54,991 nt of DNA, from assembly GCA_027622315.1 (NCBI GenBank), contig JAQBZW010000002.1, positions 1-54,991 on the forward strand, given 5' to 3'. The DNA is from Chloroflexota bacterium. GTDB lineage: Bacteria > Chloroflexota > Dehalococcoidia > UBA2979. A program made the translations under genes and the position numbers. A model generated the notes under the pieces. It saw nothing but the letters and a program-made list of their open reading frames with translations. It was not told the DNA's origin and ran no database searches. Within the stretch, counting starts at the first letter, position 1; each line of letters starts with the position of its first letter. Positions 1-9,553 of the stretch are shown piece by piece.

Positions 1-2
1 AG

Positions 3-1568
3 CGCCCCGGGATCCCTGTCGTCAAGGGCGACCCGAAGTACGGTGGCTCGTGGACGTTCACCGCGACCGCAACGTTCAACCAGCACGACATGCACACGGC
101 ACTCGCGGCGACCGTCTTCCACGTCATGGGAGAGCGCACGCTGGAGCTCGACGAGTGGACCGGCGACCTGCGCCCGAACGTCGCGGAGAGCTGGGAGGCC
201 GTCGACGCGACGACGATGGTGCTGAACATTCGCCCCGGCATCCAGACGCATGATCGCGCGCCCTGGAATGGGCGCGAGTTCGATGCCGAAGATGTCGCGT
301 TCAACCTGAACCGCACGATCGGACTGACGGCCGACAAAGAAGGCATCCCGCTCACCGCGTTCCAGCGGGCCTCCACGCTCGCCGGTATGGAGAGCGCGGA
401 AGCGACCGACAGTCACACGGTCACGGTCAAGATGGCCAGGCCGACCAGTACCTTCTTCAAGGGCCTGACCGAGATCCGCAATCAACTGATGCCAAAGGAA
501 GTCGTCGACATCGGCTTCGCCGATCCGCTGAAGCTCGGCGGGTTCGGCCCGTACATGATCACCGAGTTCGACTCGGGTGTGAAAGAGGTCTACACCAAGC
601 ACCCGAACTACTACCGGGCCGGCGAGCCGTACTTCGACAAGTTCCAGCGAAACGTCGTCCCTGATGCGTCCGCTTCGGTGGCGGCCTTCATCAGCAAGCA
701 GACGAGCGTGTTCGGCGGGAGCAAACAGGACATTGCGACGATCTCGGCGGCGAACAAGTCGGCCAACCTCTACGAGTACACCGGTGTGAACTGGTTCCAC
801 ATCCGCCCGAACGTGCAGTAGGGGGCGTTCGGTGACTTCCGTGTACGCAAGGCGATTCAGCTCTCACTGAATTACGCGGAGATCGGCGACGGGTACTACG
901 GGCCGGGTTGGACGCCGACCGCAGTGTTCCACCCCTTCTACCCGGAGGCCTATCCGGTCGAGAAGGTCCAAAGCCTGCCCGGCTACAACATGGCGACCAA
1001 GGACGCGGACCGCGCGGAGGCGGCGAAGATGCTCGCTGCCGCCGGCCACGAGAACGGCGCCGGTGTCGACTTCGAGCTGCTGCACCAGACGTCGGACGTC
1101 TACAAGGAGAACGCGCTGCGCGTTCAGGATCAGCTGACGAAGCTGTATCCGGACATGCAGATCGCGATCAAGACGCCGCCCGACTCCGCGACCTACGCGA
1201 AGCAGCAGTCGGATCGCAATTTCCAGGCCGTGTCCTACACGATTACGACGCTGCCGGACGTCGTGCTCGAGGGCATCTCCCAGTACCACAGCTCAGGCAG
1301 CCGCAACTACGGCAACTGGGAGAACGCCGAGACCGACGCCTTGCTCGACCAGGCACTCGGCGAGCTCGATGCGAACGCGCGCAAGGAGATCTTGCTGACG
1401 TTCCAGGACAAGTTCATGACGGAATGGCAGCCGCTGATCCAGCTCTACATCGACCCTGAGCGGTACCTGGTGCAGGGCAACATCGGCGGGTTCGACACAA
1501 CCTCGGGACCGTGGGGCTTCACGGGCTACCGCCTCTACAACAAGGCCGGTCGCTGGTACGAGGTCTAA
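3..1568 (+). pseudogene. ABC transporter substrate-binding protein, family 5 (peptide/nickel/opine type). The 5' end is outside the window and there is one in-frame TAG at 819-821.
   Basis: Frame 3 is open from the window edge (RPGIPVVKGDPKYGGSW...) to TAA 1566-1568. Track ORFs 90-821 and 924-1568 are in the same frame and are separated only by TAG 819-821. The residues right after the stop (GAFGDFRVRKAIQLSLNYAEIGDGYYGPGW) continue the family-5 SBP core. Two DppB/C-type permease genes follow. Confidence 0.75.
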
Positions 1569-1601
1569 CCGGCCGTCCACGCGACCTCCGTCAACTGCCT
1601 G

Positions 1602-1646
1602 CCGCCCGCCCTCATCACCACCGCCCGTGGTGGTGAGGGCGGGCGG
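1602..1646 (+). terminator. Strong GC-rich hairpin between the SBP and permease genes (intra-operon attenuator/terminator)
   Basis: ccgcccgccctcatcaccac (1602-1621) pairs with gtggtggtgagggcgggcgg (1627-1646). The stem is 20 bp with one mismatch and the loop is 5 nt. It starts 34 nt after the SBP stop. There is no U-tract. Confidence 0.5.
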
Positions 1647-1702
1647 TCCGGTACATGACGCGGCAGACGGCTGGACGCGAACACTCGAGACGGAGACGCA
1701 CG

Positions 1703-2656
1703 ATGACCCGTTACATCGCACGACGCATGCTCGGCATGATTCCCACGGCGCTCGTGCTGCTGTTCCTCGTTGTCTTGATGATCCGAGTGCTGCCCGGCAA
1801 CATCGTCGACATCCTGCTCTCAGACTTCGGCGCGAGCGTGTCGAACGAGCAGAAGGAGCGCCTGGCCGAACACCTCGGGCTCTCGGGCTCGCTGCCCGAA
1901 CAGTACATTCGCTACGTCGCCGGCGTGGCACGCGGCGACCTCGGGCAGTCGCTCTGGGATCAGCGTCCCGTCACCACGATCATCCTTGAACGTGCCCCGG
2001 TGACGGCCGAGGTCGCGGTCATCGCGATCGTCTTCTCCGTGATCATCGCGATCCCGATCGGTGTGATCTCCGCGGTGCGGCAGGATTCGCCGATCGACTA
2101 CATCCTGCGCACCGTCTCGATCCTCGGCATCAGCCTGCCGAGCTTCGTCGTCGCGGTGGCGATCGTGATCTTCCCCGCGCTCTGGTGGGGGAAATCGGTG
2201 CCGTTCACGTACACGGGGATCACCGAGAATCCGATCCAGAATCTGATCATCGTCGGACCGCCCGCAGCCGTGCTCGGACTGAGGCTCTCCGCGACGATCG
2301 CACGCATGGTGCGCACGACCATGCTCGAGGTCATGCAGCAGGACTACATCCGTACGGCGAAGGCGAAGGGGCTGAACGATTACGGGGTGATCGCACGTCA
2401 CGCACTGAAGAACGCGCTCATCCCGGTAGTCACGCTGCTGGGCCTGCAGCTCGCGTTCCTCGTCGGCGGATCGGTGATCACAGAGAGCATTTTTGCGCTC
2501 CCCGGGCTGGGACGGTTGCTGCTCGAGTCCATCGCGTCGCGCGACTACCCGATCATTCAGGGCGTCGTGGTGGTTGTGGGCTTCCTCGTGATGATCACGA
2601 ACCTGCTCGTCGACCTCTCCTACGCCTACCTCGATCCCCGGATCCGGTACTCATGA
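1703..2656 (+). CDS. ABC transporter permease, DppB/OppB-like
   Basis: Track ORF 1655-2656. MTRYIARRMLGMIPTALVLLFLVV is a typical DppB N-terminus, so the ATG at 1703 is preferred. It has multiple TM segments and a binding-protein-dependent transport motif region (TAKAKGL...). Confidence 0.85.
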   Translation: MTRYIARRMLGMIPTALVLLFLVVLMIRVLPGNIVDILLSDFGASVSNEQKERLAEHLGLSGSLPEQYIRYVAGVARGDLGQSLWDQRPVTTIILERAPVTAEVAVIAIVFSVIIAIPIGVISAVRQDSPIDYILRTVSILGISLPSFVVAVAIVIFPALWWGKSVPFTYTGITENPIQNLIIVGPPAAVLGLRLSATIARMVRTTMLEVMQQDYIRTAKAKGLNDYGVIARHALKNALIPVVTLLGLQLAFLVGGSVITESIFALPGLGRLLLESIASRDYPIIQGVVVVVGFLVMITNLLVDLSYAYLDPRIRYS

Positions 2657-2692
2657 GCCCCGCCACGACCGCTGATCGGAGAGGCTAGCCCA

Positions 2693-3607
2693 ATGGCAAC
2701 CACTCAGACACAACGCATCCCTGGCGAGGGCGTGTTCGCGGACGAACCCAGTCTCGCCCAGCGCGTGCTGAGCGCCTCCACGAAATTCGTGCGACGCAAG
2801 CCGCTCGGCGCGTTTGGCGCACTGATGATGACCGTGCTCATCCTCGTGGCGGTGTTCGCCAACGTGCTCGCGCCGTACGACCCGGTCTCGCAGAATCAGA
2901 GCGTCGCCCTGCAGGGCCCCAGCGCGTCCCACCTCGCTGGGACCGATCAGTTCGGGCGTGACGTGATGAGCCGCCTGATCCACGGCGCGCGTGTGTCGCT
3001 CTACGTCGGTGTCGGCGCGACGTTGCTCACGCTGATCCCGGCCACGTTGCTCGGCATCTTCACCGCCTACGTCGGCGGAACGACGGACTACCTGATCCAG
3101 CGCGTCGTCGACGCCGTTCAGGCGATCCCCGGACTGATCCTGCTGATCGCGATCGTCACGGTGCTCGGGTCGAACCTAATCAACATCATCATCGCGCTTT
3201 CCTTCGGGGGCATCCTCACGAACTCGCGCGTGATGCGCGGGGCGACGATGCAGATCGCGCGCAGCGATTACGTGGAGGCGGCGCGCCTGCTCGGCGCCAA
3301 GGACGTGCGCGTCATGCTGCAGCACATCCTCCCGAACATCATGCCGCCGATCATCGTGCTCGCATCCCTCGGGTTCGGGAACTACATCCTCGCCGAAGCC
3401 TCGCTGAGCTTCCTCGGCTTCGGCATCCAGCCGCCGGCCGCGTCGTGGGGCAACATGCTCTCGTCCGAGGGGCGCCGCTACATGTACGCCGCGCCGTGGC
3501 TGCTGTGGGGTCCCGCGATCGCGCTCAGCCTCGTCGTGTTCGGCATGAACATGTTCGGCGACGCCCTGCGCGACGTGCTCGACCCGCGCCTCCGCGGAGC
3601 GCAGTAG
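2693..3607 (+). CDS. ABC transporter permease, DppC/OppC-like
   Basis: 304 aa. It has the OppC N-terminal region (LGAFGALMMTVLILVAVFANVLAPYDP), the GTDQFGRDVMSRLIHGAR motif and a conserved permease core. Confidence 0.85.
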   Translation: MATTQTQRIPGEGVFADEPSLAQRVLSASTKFVRRKPLGAFGALMMTVLILVAVFANVLAPYDPVSQNQSVALQGPSASHLAGTDQFGRDVMSRLIHGARVSLYVGVGATLLTLIPATLLGIFTAYVGGTTDYLIQRVVDAVQAIPGLILLIAIVTVLGSNLINIIIALSFGGILTNSRVMRGATMQIARSDYVEAARLLGAKDVRVMLQHILPNIMPPIIVLASLGFGNYILAEASLSFLGFGIQPPAASWGNMLSSEGRRYMYAAPWLLWGPAIALSLVVFGMNMFGDALRDVLDPRLRGAQ

Positions 3608-3659
3608 CGGGCGGACCGGACGCCGGCACTGGGCCTGCGCGCGGCGGCGCGGCCCAGGT

Positions 3660-3736
3660 GTCGAGTAGCAAGCACGAAACGAGAGCGCGTCCGGAACCCC
3701 GCCCCCGGGCGCGCTCTCGTCCCGCGGCTACTCGAC
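3660..3736. other. Nested 77-nt hairpin in the long non-coding spacer after the permease genes
   Basis: The outer arms are gtcgagtagc (3660-3669) and gctactcgac (3727-3736). The inner arms are acgagagcgcg and cgcgctctcgt, which are perfect 11-mers. A smaller hairpin (cactgggcc...ggcccaggtg) precedes it at about 3627-3660. Confidence 0.5.
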
Positions 3737-4155
3737 CCGACGCACGCGCGTCGGTCAGGACCGCTGCCGGACGGTCAGGCCTGGCGCCCACGCGTTGTTG
3801 GGGGCGATCCGCGCTGCCGCGCACATACGCACACAGGCGATGCGATGCGCGCAAGCACACCCGCGCGCCGGCGCCGTGAGCGCCGTTCCGGTGTCGACTT
3901 CCATTGCGAAAGAACCTCTCGGTTCCTCCGACGCCGCCGGGGTGAGCTGACGGGCTACGGCGGGAGTTGCCGTCTCACTTCGTCACTCACCGCCCGTGCG
4001 ACGAGCCGAAGCCGAGTTCGCCCCTGGAGTTCGTGGTTCCCCCGTCCCCGCGGTCACCCGCGGGATTAGGCGTGTCTGCCGACCCGAACGGATCGTCTGT
4101 GTGCTGCGTCGTAGGGTCAATGCCCGGCGCAAGATCTGCTCGAGCGCGCAGCGCT

Positions 4156-5694
4156 TCAGCCTCCGAACCGCTCCGCGATCAGCTCCCGTGCCACTGTGCG
4201 GTCGTCCCACGGGTGGGAGCCGTCCGCGCGCTCGATGCTCTGCTCGTGACCCTTGCCCGCCACCAGCACGAGGTCGCCGCTCGTCGCGATCGCGAGCGCG
4301 CGCGCGATTGCTTCGCGCCGATCCACGACGCGCTCGAACCGCTCGCCCTCGGCCGCTCCCCCGGCACGCATGGCTGACGCAATCTCGTCGACGATCGCGT
4401 CCGAGGGTTCGGAGCGGGGATCCTCTTCGGTGATGACCGCAAAGTCGGCGCCGGCCGCGACCGCTGCACCGAGGCCGCTTCGGCGGTCACGCGCTCGCTC
4501 GCCGGCCGCGCCGAAGACCACGATCAGCCGGCCGTCGACGATCGGCCGCAGCGTCGCGAGCACCTGGCGCATGGCGTCAGGCGTGTGCGCGTAGTCGACG
4601 ATCACGCCGAACGGCGCACCTGCGATCGGCTCCATGCGCCCGGGGACGCCGCGGCACGCGGCCACGCCGGACGCAGCGAGCCGCGCGTCGAGCCCGAGCG
4701 CCGCGGCGGCGGTGATCGCGGCCGTCGCGTTCGCGACGTTGAAGCGACCGGGGAGCCGCACGCTCGCCTCGACGGACTCCTCGCCGGTGGAGACGACGAA
4801 GGTCGACCCGTCCGGCCACAGCATGACGTCCTCGGCGCGGACGTCCGCGTCCGCGTCGAGCGCATACGTGACGGCCTGTACGCGCGTCAGGCCGGCGAAG
4901 TAGCGCCAGCTCGGGTCATCTGCGTTGAGAATCGCGCGCGGCCGCACGGCGGCGGGACCCGCCTTGGCGCCGCCCTCGCCGAGCCCGCCGAACAGGCGGC
5001 CCTTCGCACGGCGGTAGACGTCCATCGTGCCGTGGAAGTCCAGGTGATCGCTGCTGAGATTCGTGAGCACGCCGACGTCGAACGCGCACTGGTCCAGTCG
5101 ATGCAACTCGAGCCCGTGCGAGGTCGCCTCGACCACGGCATGCGTGCACCCGGCCGCGACCATGTCCCCCAGCAGGCGCTGCACGACGTTCGCCTCCTGC
5201 GTGGTCAGGCGCGGCAGCCCGGTCACGGTCTCGCCGCCGATCCGCGACTCGATCGTGGTCAGCAAGCCGGCGGTCACGCCGGCGCCAGCCAGTGCGGCGT
5301 GTGTGAGGAATGCGGTTGTCGACTTCCCGTCCGTGCCTGTGATGCCCACCATCGCGAGCCGGCGCGCGGGGTAACCCTCGTGCGCCGCCGCGAGCGCCGC
5401 GAGCGCCGCTCGCGGATTCGCGACGGAGACGGCAGGGACGCCCGTGCGCTCGCCGAGGTCGGACCGACCCTTGGCGAACACCAGCGCGGCAGCGCCGGCG
5501 GCCACAGCCGCGGCGGCAAAGTCGTGCCCGTCTGCGCGCGCGCCGGGGATGCAGACGAAGAGATCGCCCGGCCGGACCTGTCGCGAGTCGTGCGCGATCG
5601 CGCGCACGGCGGGCAGTGCGGCGACCGCGTCCGCGGGGACACCTTCGTCCGCCAGTGCGTCTCGCCAGTCGCCTCGCGGTGGTTCGGTGGTCAT
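4156..5694 (-). CDS. murE: UDP-N-acetylmuramoyl-L-alanyl-D-glutamate--2,6-diaminopimelate ligase
   Basis: 512 aa. It has the Mur ligase P-loop GITGTDGKSTT, DYAHTPDA, and a MurE-type N-terminus (HDSRQVRPGDLFVCIPGARADGHDF). Confidence 0.9.
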   Translation of the reverse strand: MTTEPPRGDWRDALADEGVPADAVAALPAVRAIAHDSRQVRPGDLFVCIPGARADGHDFAAAAVAAGAAALVFAKGRSDLGERTGVPAVSVANPRAALAALAAAHEGYPARRLAMVGITGTDGKSTTAFLTHAALAGAGVTAGLLTTIESRIGGETVTGLPRLTTQEANVVQRLLGDMVAAGCTHAVVEATSHGLELHRLDQCAFDVGVLTNLSSDHLDFHGTMDVYRRAKGRLFGGLGEGGAKAGPAAVRPRAILNADDPSWRYFAGLTRVQAVTYALDADADVRAEDVMLWPDGSTFVVSTGEESVEASVRLPGRFNVANATAAITAAAALGLDARLAASGVAACRGVPGRMEPIAGAPFGVIVDYAHTPDAMRQVLATLRPIVDGRLIVVFGAAGERARDRRSGLGAAVAAGADFAVITEEDPRSEPSDAIVDEIASAMRAGGAAEGERFERVVDRREAIARALAIATSGDLVLVAGKGHEQSIERADGSHPWDDRTVARELIAERFGG

Positions 5695-5857
5695 GGTGTC
5701 GATCCTAGGGCCCGTGCTCCGTGTGACCGAATGCCGACACGTCCTCCCGCGATGCGGATGCAGAAGCGGACGCCGCGATCGCCTCGCCGCTTGCGGCGAG
5801 CGTGAGCGCTGGAGAAACTACTGCGCGCGACTGAACGACGCACGGAAGGATTCCTGC

Positions 5858-6280
5858 TTGATCGAGTTGACCGATGAGATGCGCGACGCGCTCGCGAGCG
5901 CCCTGACCGACCGCATGCCCGTGATCATGACGTATGTCGACGCGGAGGGGCAGCCGCACCTCTCGTTCCGCGGGACGGCGCAGGTCTTCAGCAAGGACCA
6001 GCTCGGGGTGTGGGCACGCAACCCTGCTGGTGGCCTGCCCGGGGCGATGGCGGCGGGCACGAACCCGAAGGTCGCGTTGCTCTATCGCAACACGGAAACG
6101 CGCGTGGCCTGGCAGTTCCTCGGCCGCGGGCACGTCGTGACGGATGAGGCGGCGCGGAACCAGATCTTCGACAGTTCGCCCGAATTCGAGCGCAACCAGG
6201 ACCCGGAGCGCAAGGGCATCGCGATCGTGATCGACGTCGATCGGGTGGTCATGCGCGGCGAGGTGATCATGGAGCGCTAG
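5858..6280 (+). CDS. Pyridoxamine 5'-phosphate oxidase-fold (PNPOx-like, split-barrel flavin/deazaflavin-binding) family protein
   Basis: This is the C-terminal 140 aa of track ORF 5444-6280 (IELTDEMRDALASALTDRMPVIMTYVDAEGQPHLSFRGTAQVF...). The upstream part of that ORF is antisense to murE and Arg/Ala-rich junk. GGAAGGA lies 7 nt before the TTG at 5858. An alternative ATG is at 5879. Confidence 0.7.
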   Translation: MIELTDEMRDALASALTDRMPVIMTYVDAEGQPHLSFRGTAQVFSKDQLGVWARNPAGGLPGAMAAGTNPKVALLYRNTETRVAWQFLGRGHVVTDEAARNQIFDSSPEFERNQDPERKGIAIVIDVDRVVMRGEVIMER

Positions 6281-6355
6281 CGCGCCGCCGCGCGCTTGCC
6301 CCGCGCTTGCGGACGCGCGGAGGCATCGGCCCGCTTCTCGCGCGGCCGTGAACCA

Positions 6356-6750
6356 TGGGCTACCAGGGGGCCTGTAAGCCGAATTCTGTACCGCGTCGCC
6401 CTGCCCGGGGCGGCGCGGCGGTGGCCATCCATCTACGACGACGGTTGCCCGCCGCCTCCTGCGGCCTACCCGGGAGCAGGGCCGGACGTCCCCTTCGCGC
6501 TCCCCTATTTGGCCTTGCTCCGAGTGGGGTTTACCCGGCCGCCTCGTCTCCGAGACGCCGGTGCGCTCTTACCGCACCATTTCACCCTTGTCCGTCCGAC
6601 GAGCGGACGAACGGTATGTTTCTGTGGCACTTTCCGTCGGCTCGCGCCGCCCGGCCGTTAGCCGGCACTCTGTCCGGAGGAGTTCGGACTTTCCTCCCGT
6701 CCCTCCGACAAGCGGAAGGACCGGCGGCCACCCGGCCCCCTGGCCCCCTC
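6356..6750 (-). ncRNA. rnpB: RNase P RNA, bacterial type A
   Basis: The reverse complement carries the universal blocks GGAGGGACGGGAGGAAAGTCCGAAC, AAGGGTGAAATGGTGCGGTAAGAGCGCACC, GGAGCAAGGCCAAATAGGGG and ACAGAATTCGGCTTACAGG. CCAGGGGGCC (6734-6743) can pair with GGCCCCCTGG (6363-6372) as P1. The ends are approximate to about 10 nt. Confidence 0.93.
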
Positions 6751-6791
6751 AGCGTATCGAAGCCCAGCCGTACCCGCCGAAGCGCGACCAG

Positions 6792-7853
6792 CTACGGCAA
6801 TCGGCGCATGATCTGGAGGTCGTCCGCCGGGAGCTCCACGACCCAGCGGTGCACGTCGGCCACGCGCAGGACCTCGTACGGCCGGGCCGCCACCTCAACC
6901 AGCACGCGTGGTCCCGCGGCCTCTGGCTCGAGCACCAGCGTGTGCGTGTTCCCGAAGGCCAGGTCTTCCACCACCCCGGCGACGAAACAGTTCTCGGGCA
7001 GATCGCCGTCCGGGTGCAGGCGTCGCAGGTTGCAGCGCTCGGAGCGGATGCCGACGTCGACCGGCCCGTTCAGCCGGCTGTCGTCCGGCAGCCGCAGCGG
7101 CAACCCGGCGACCACGACGTCGCGTCCGTCGGCGGTGCCCGGCCAGAGATTGCGGACGCCGGTGAGCTCCGCGACACGCCGCGAGAGCGGGCGCCGGAAG
7201 ACACGGTCGCGAGTGTCGAGCTGGAGGATGCGCCCGCCGTCGATCACGGCGATGCGGTCGGCGAGCAGATGGGCCTCGCGCAGATCATGCGTGACGAAGA
7301 GGATCGGGAGCGCGAGCTCGCGATGCAGCCGCACGAGCTCGCTGCGCAGCCCCTCGCGCAGCGCCTCGTCCAGCGCGGAGAACGGCTCGTCGAGCAGCAG
7401 GACGTGCGTGGGCCGCACGAGCGCCCGCGCGAGCGCGACCCGCTGCTGCTGGCCGCCCGACAGCTGATGCGGCCGCCGGTCGTCCAGGTCCTCGATGCGT
7501 AGCAACGCACGCAGGTCCGCCCAGCGCCGCTGCGCCTCCGCGCTGCGCTCCACGCCGATCAGCACGTTGTGCCGCACGTCGAGGTGGGGAAAGAGCGCGG
7601 CGTCCTGCACCACATAGCCCGCCCGCCGAGCCTGCGGTGGAAGCGCGATCCCGCGCGCCGCGTCGAACACCACCGTGTCGGCGATCGCGATGCGCCCGCG
7701 CTGCGGGCGTTCGAGCCCTGCGACCGCGCGCAGCGTGACCGTCTTGCCCGCCCCCGAGTGGCCGTAGAGCACGAGCAGCTCGTCGCCGGCGGAGAGCGTG
7801 ACGTCGTACGTGAACCCGCCGACGGCGCCAGCGATCTCGATCTCGACCGTCAC
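6792..7853 (-). CDS. modC: Molybdate ABC transporter ATP-binding protein with C-terminal TOBE/Mop-type domain
   Basis: 353 aa. Motifs are Walker A GHSGAGKT, LSGGQQQRVALARAL and LLLDEPFSALD, plus a C-terminal domain of about 120 aa. It lies downstream of modA and modB. Confidence 0.88.
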   Translation of the reverse strand: MTVEIEIAGAVGGFTYDVTLSAGDELLVLYGHSGAGKTVTLRAVAGLERPQRGRIAIADTVVFDAARGIALPPQARRAGYVVQDAALFPHLDVRHNVLIGVERSAEAQRRWADLRALLRIEDLDDRRPHQLSGGQQQRVALARALVRPTHVLLLDEPFSALDEALREGLRSELVRLHRELALPILFVTHDLREAHLLADRIAVIDGGRILQLDTRDRVFRRPLSRRVAELTGVRNLWPGTADGRDVVVAGLPLRLPDDSRLNGPVDVGIRSERCNLRRLHPDGDLPENCFVAGVVEDLAFGNTHTLVLEPEAAGPRVLVEVAARPYEVLRVADVHRWVVELPADDLQIMRRLP

Positions 7854-7860
7854 GCGGGCG

Positions 7861-8682
7861 TCACCGGTACGGCCCCACGGCGTTCGTGTAGCGATGGAGC
7901 AGCAACAACAGCAGGAGCGCGAAGCCCACGAGGATCACCGCGATCGAGACCGCGCCGGCGAGCCCCGCGCTCGACTCGAATGCGGTGACGATCGCGAGCG
8001 GCATCGTCTGGGTCTTGCCCGGCAGCGAGCCCGCGAACAGCAGCGTCGCGCCGAGCTCACCGAGCGCACGCGCCCAGCAGAGCACAGCGCCACCGGCCAG
8101 CGAGGGCCACACCAGCGGCAACGTCACGCGCCGGAACGTGGTCCAGCGCGACAGTCCCAGCGTGTATGCCACGCCCTGAAAACGCGGATCGGTACCGGCG
8201 AACCCGGCGTACGCGGACCTCAGGTAATAGGGACCGGCGACGAACAACTGCGCGATCACCACGGCGGCCGTGGTGAATGACAGCGAGATGCCCGCCTCCG
8301 CGAGCGGTTCGCCGAGGTAGCCGCGCCGACCGAAGACCGTGAGCAGCGCGATGCCGGAGACGACCGGCGGAAGCACGAGTGGCAGATCGAGCAGCGTCGC
8401 GGCCAGCCGGGCCCAGCTCGCGCGTGACGACGCGAGCGCGTACGCGAGCGGCGTGCCGAGCACGATCGCCAGTGCCAGCGCAAACGTGGCGGTCATCACG
8501 GAGAGCCGGAGCGCCGTCCACGTACTGCCCGCACGCAGCTGCGCCCCCACGTCGCCGTCGCTCGCCGCACGGACCAGCAGGCCGACCAGCGGCACGATGA
8601 AGAACAGCGCGAACGCCGCCGGCAAGACGACCCAGGCGTGCCGCAGCACCGTCGCCCTCGGACGCGCGCTGGTGACCATCAT
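7861..8682 (-). CDS. modB: Molybdate ABC transporter permease
   Basis: The track ORF runs to 8709. The MMVTSARP start at 8682 lies just after the modA stop. It is a CysTW/ModB-like permease (FGRRGYLGEPL, TLLFAGSLPGKTQTMPLAI). Confidence 0.85.
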   Translation of the reverse strand: MMVTSARPRATVLRHAWVVLPAAFALFFIVPLVGLLVRAASDGDVGAQLRAGSTWTALRLSVMTATFALALAIVLGTPLAYALASSRASWARLAATLLDLPLVLPPVVSGIALLTVFGRRGYLGEPLAEAGISLSFTTAAVVIAQLFVAGPYYLRSAYAGFAGTDPRFQGVAYTLGLSRWTTFRRVTLPLVWPSLAGGAVLCWARALGELGATLLFAGSLPGKTQTMPLAIVTAFESSAGLAGAVSIAVILVGFALLLLLLLHRYTNAVGPYR

Positions 8683-8686
8683 GTGC

Positions 8687-9505
8687 TCACCGCGCGCCGT
8701 TCGATCCACTGCCCATGACGCGCGGCGCAGCCGTCACCGTGGCGTCGGCAGCGGGGATGAAGCCGGCCGCCGCGAACGCCTGCTGCGCGTCGGCACCAAG
8801 CAGGTAGTCGAACACCGACGCCGCGGTCGATGACGCGCCGGTGAGCACGATCACGTATCGGTTCGAGGGCACGTGCAGCGATGGCGGCAGCGCGATCGCG
8901 ATCGCGGCGGGGGCCGCGGCGAGATCCGTGCGATACACGAAGGCGGCATCCGCCTCACCGAGCTCGACCCGCGACAGCACAACGCGCACGTTCGGGTCTT
9001 CGGTCACCACGTTGCCGCGAATCGCGGCCGTCAGCGTCGGCTCCATGAGCTCGAGCGTGCGCTGCGTGAGCTGGCCGATGGGCACGTCCGGCGCGCCGAT
9101 CGCGATCCGCACGCCCGGGCGGCCGAGGTGATCGAGGCTCGCGATCCCGGAGTCGGCGCGCGCCGCGATCACCAATTCGTTTTCGATCAGCGTGGCGGCC
9201 TCCGTCGCGTGACCACGGGCGAGCAACCGCTCGGCCTGGTCCGGGTTCGCCGAGATGAAGATGTCGGCGCGGGCGCCCTCTTCGATCTGCGTCGCAAGCG
9301 TTTGCGACCCCGCGAACTGGTAGCTCAGCACCACACCGGGGTGACCGCGCTCGAACCCGGCCAGGACAACAGGTAGCACATCCTGGAGCGAGGACGCGGC
9401 GAATACGTGTACCGACTCGCGGTCGCCTCCCCCGCCACACGCGGTGAGCAGGAGCACGGCGGGCAGCAGCAGGACGGCGAGCGATCTGCGACTCACGGGC
9501 GCCAT
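8687..9505 (-). CDS. modA: Molybdate ABC transporter substrate-binding lipoprotein
   Basis: It has a lipobox signal (LLLPAVLLLTACGGGG) and a ModA-like body (VFAASSLQDVL..., ADIFISANPDQ, VYRTD). The start is at 9505 or at the upstream ATG 9532. Confidence 0.85.
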   Translation of the reverse strand: MAPVSRRSLAVLLLPAVLLLTACGGGGDRESVHVFAASSLQDVLPVVLAGFERGHPGVVLSYQFAGSQTLATQIEEGARADIFISANPDQAERLLARGHATEAATLIENELVIAARADSGIASLDHLGRPGVRIAIGAPDVPIGQLTQRTLELMEPTLTAAIRGNVVTEDPNVRVVLSRVELGEADAAFVYRTDLAAAPAAIAIALPPSLHVPSNRYVIVLTGASSTAASVFDYLLGADAQQAFAAAGFIPAADATVTAAPRVMGSGSNGAR

Positions 9506-9553
9506 CCTACCGAGGAAGCCATCGGGGGTCATGGCGCCGTGCCATATGCGCCG

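Noticed and set aside
3900-4075. Possible tmRNA, tRNA or cobalamin-type riboswitch in the murE-proximal part of the spacer (GGGGTGAGCTGACGGG..., GGGGGAACCACGAACTCC)
   Set aside because: There is no T-arm/GTTCGAATCC-type element, no CCA-proximal acceptor pairing, no B12-box, and no downstream gene to regulate on either strand. The resemblance is superficial.
5444-5857. The long N-terminal extension of ORF 5444-6280, and the similar 5' extensions of the rnj (16326-16769), panB (28446-28838), ruvC (25709-25828) and GGDEF (24577-24888) ORFs
   Set aside because: The extensions overlap neighbouring well-supported genes in other frames or on the other strand, and they are Arg/Ala/Gly-rich. Conserved N-termini and SD sequences or 4-nt overlaps mark the internal starts.
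6296-7467. ORFs 6296-6661, 6355-7467 and 6561-7502 on the plus strand
   Set aside because: Their 5' parts cover the RNase P RNA gene, which lies on the other strand. The remainder is antisense to modC. They have no protein motifs.
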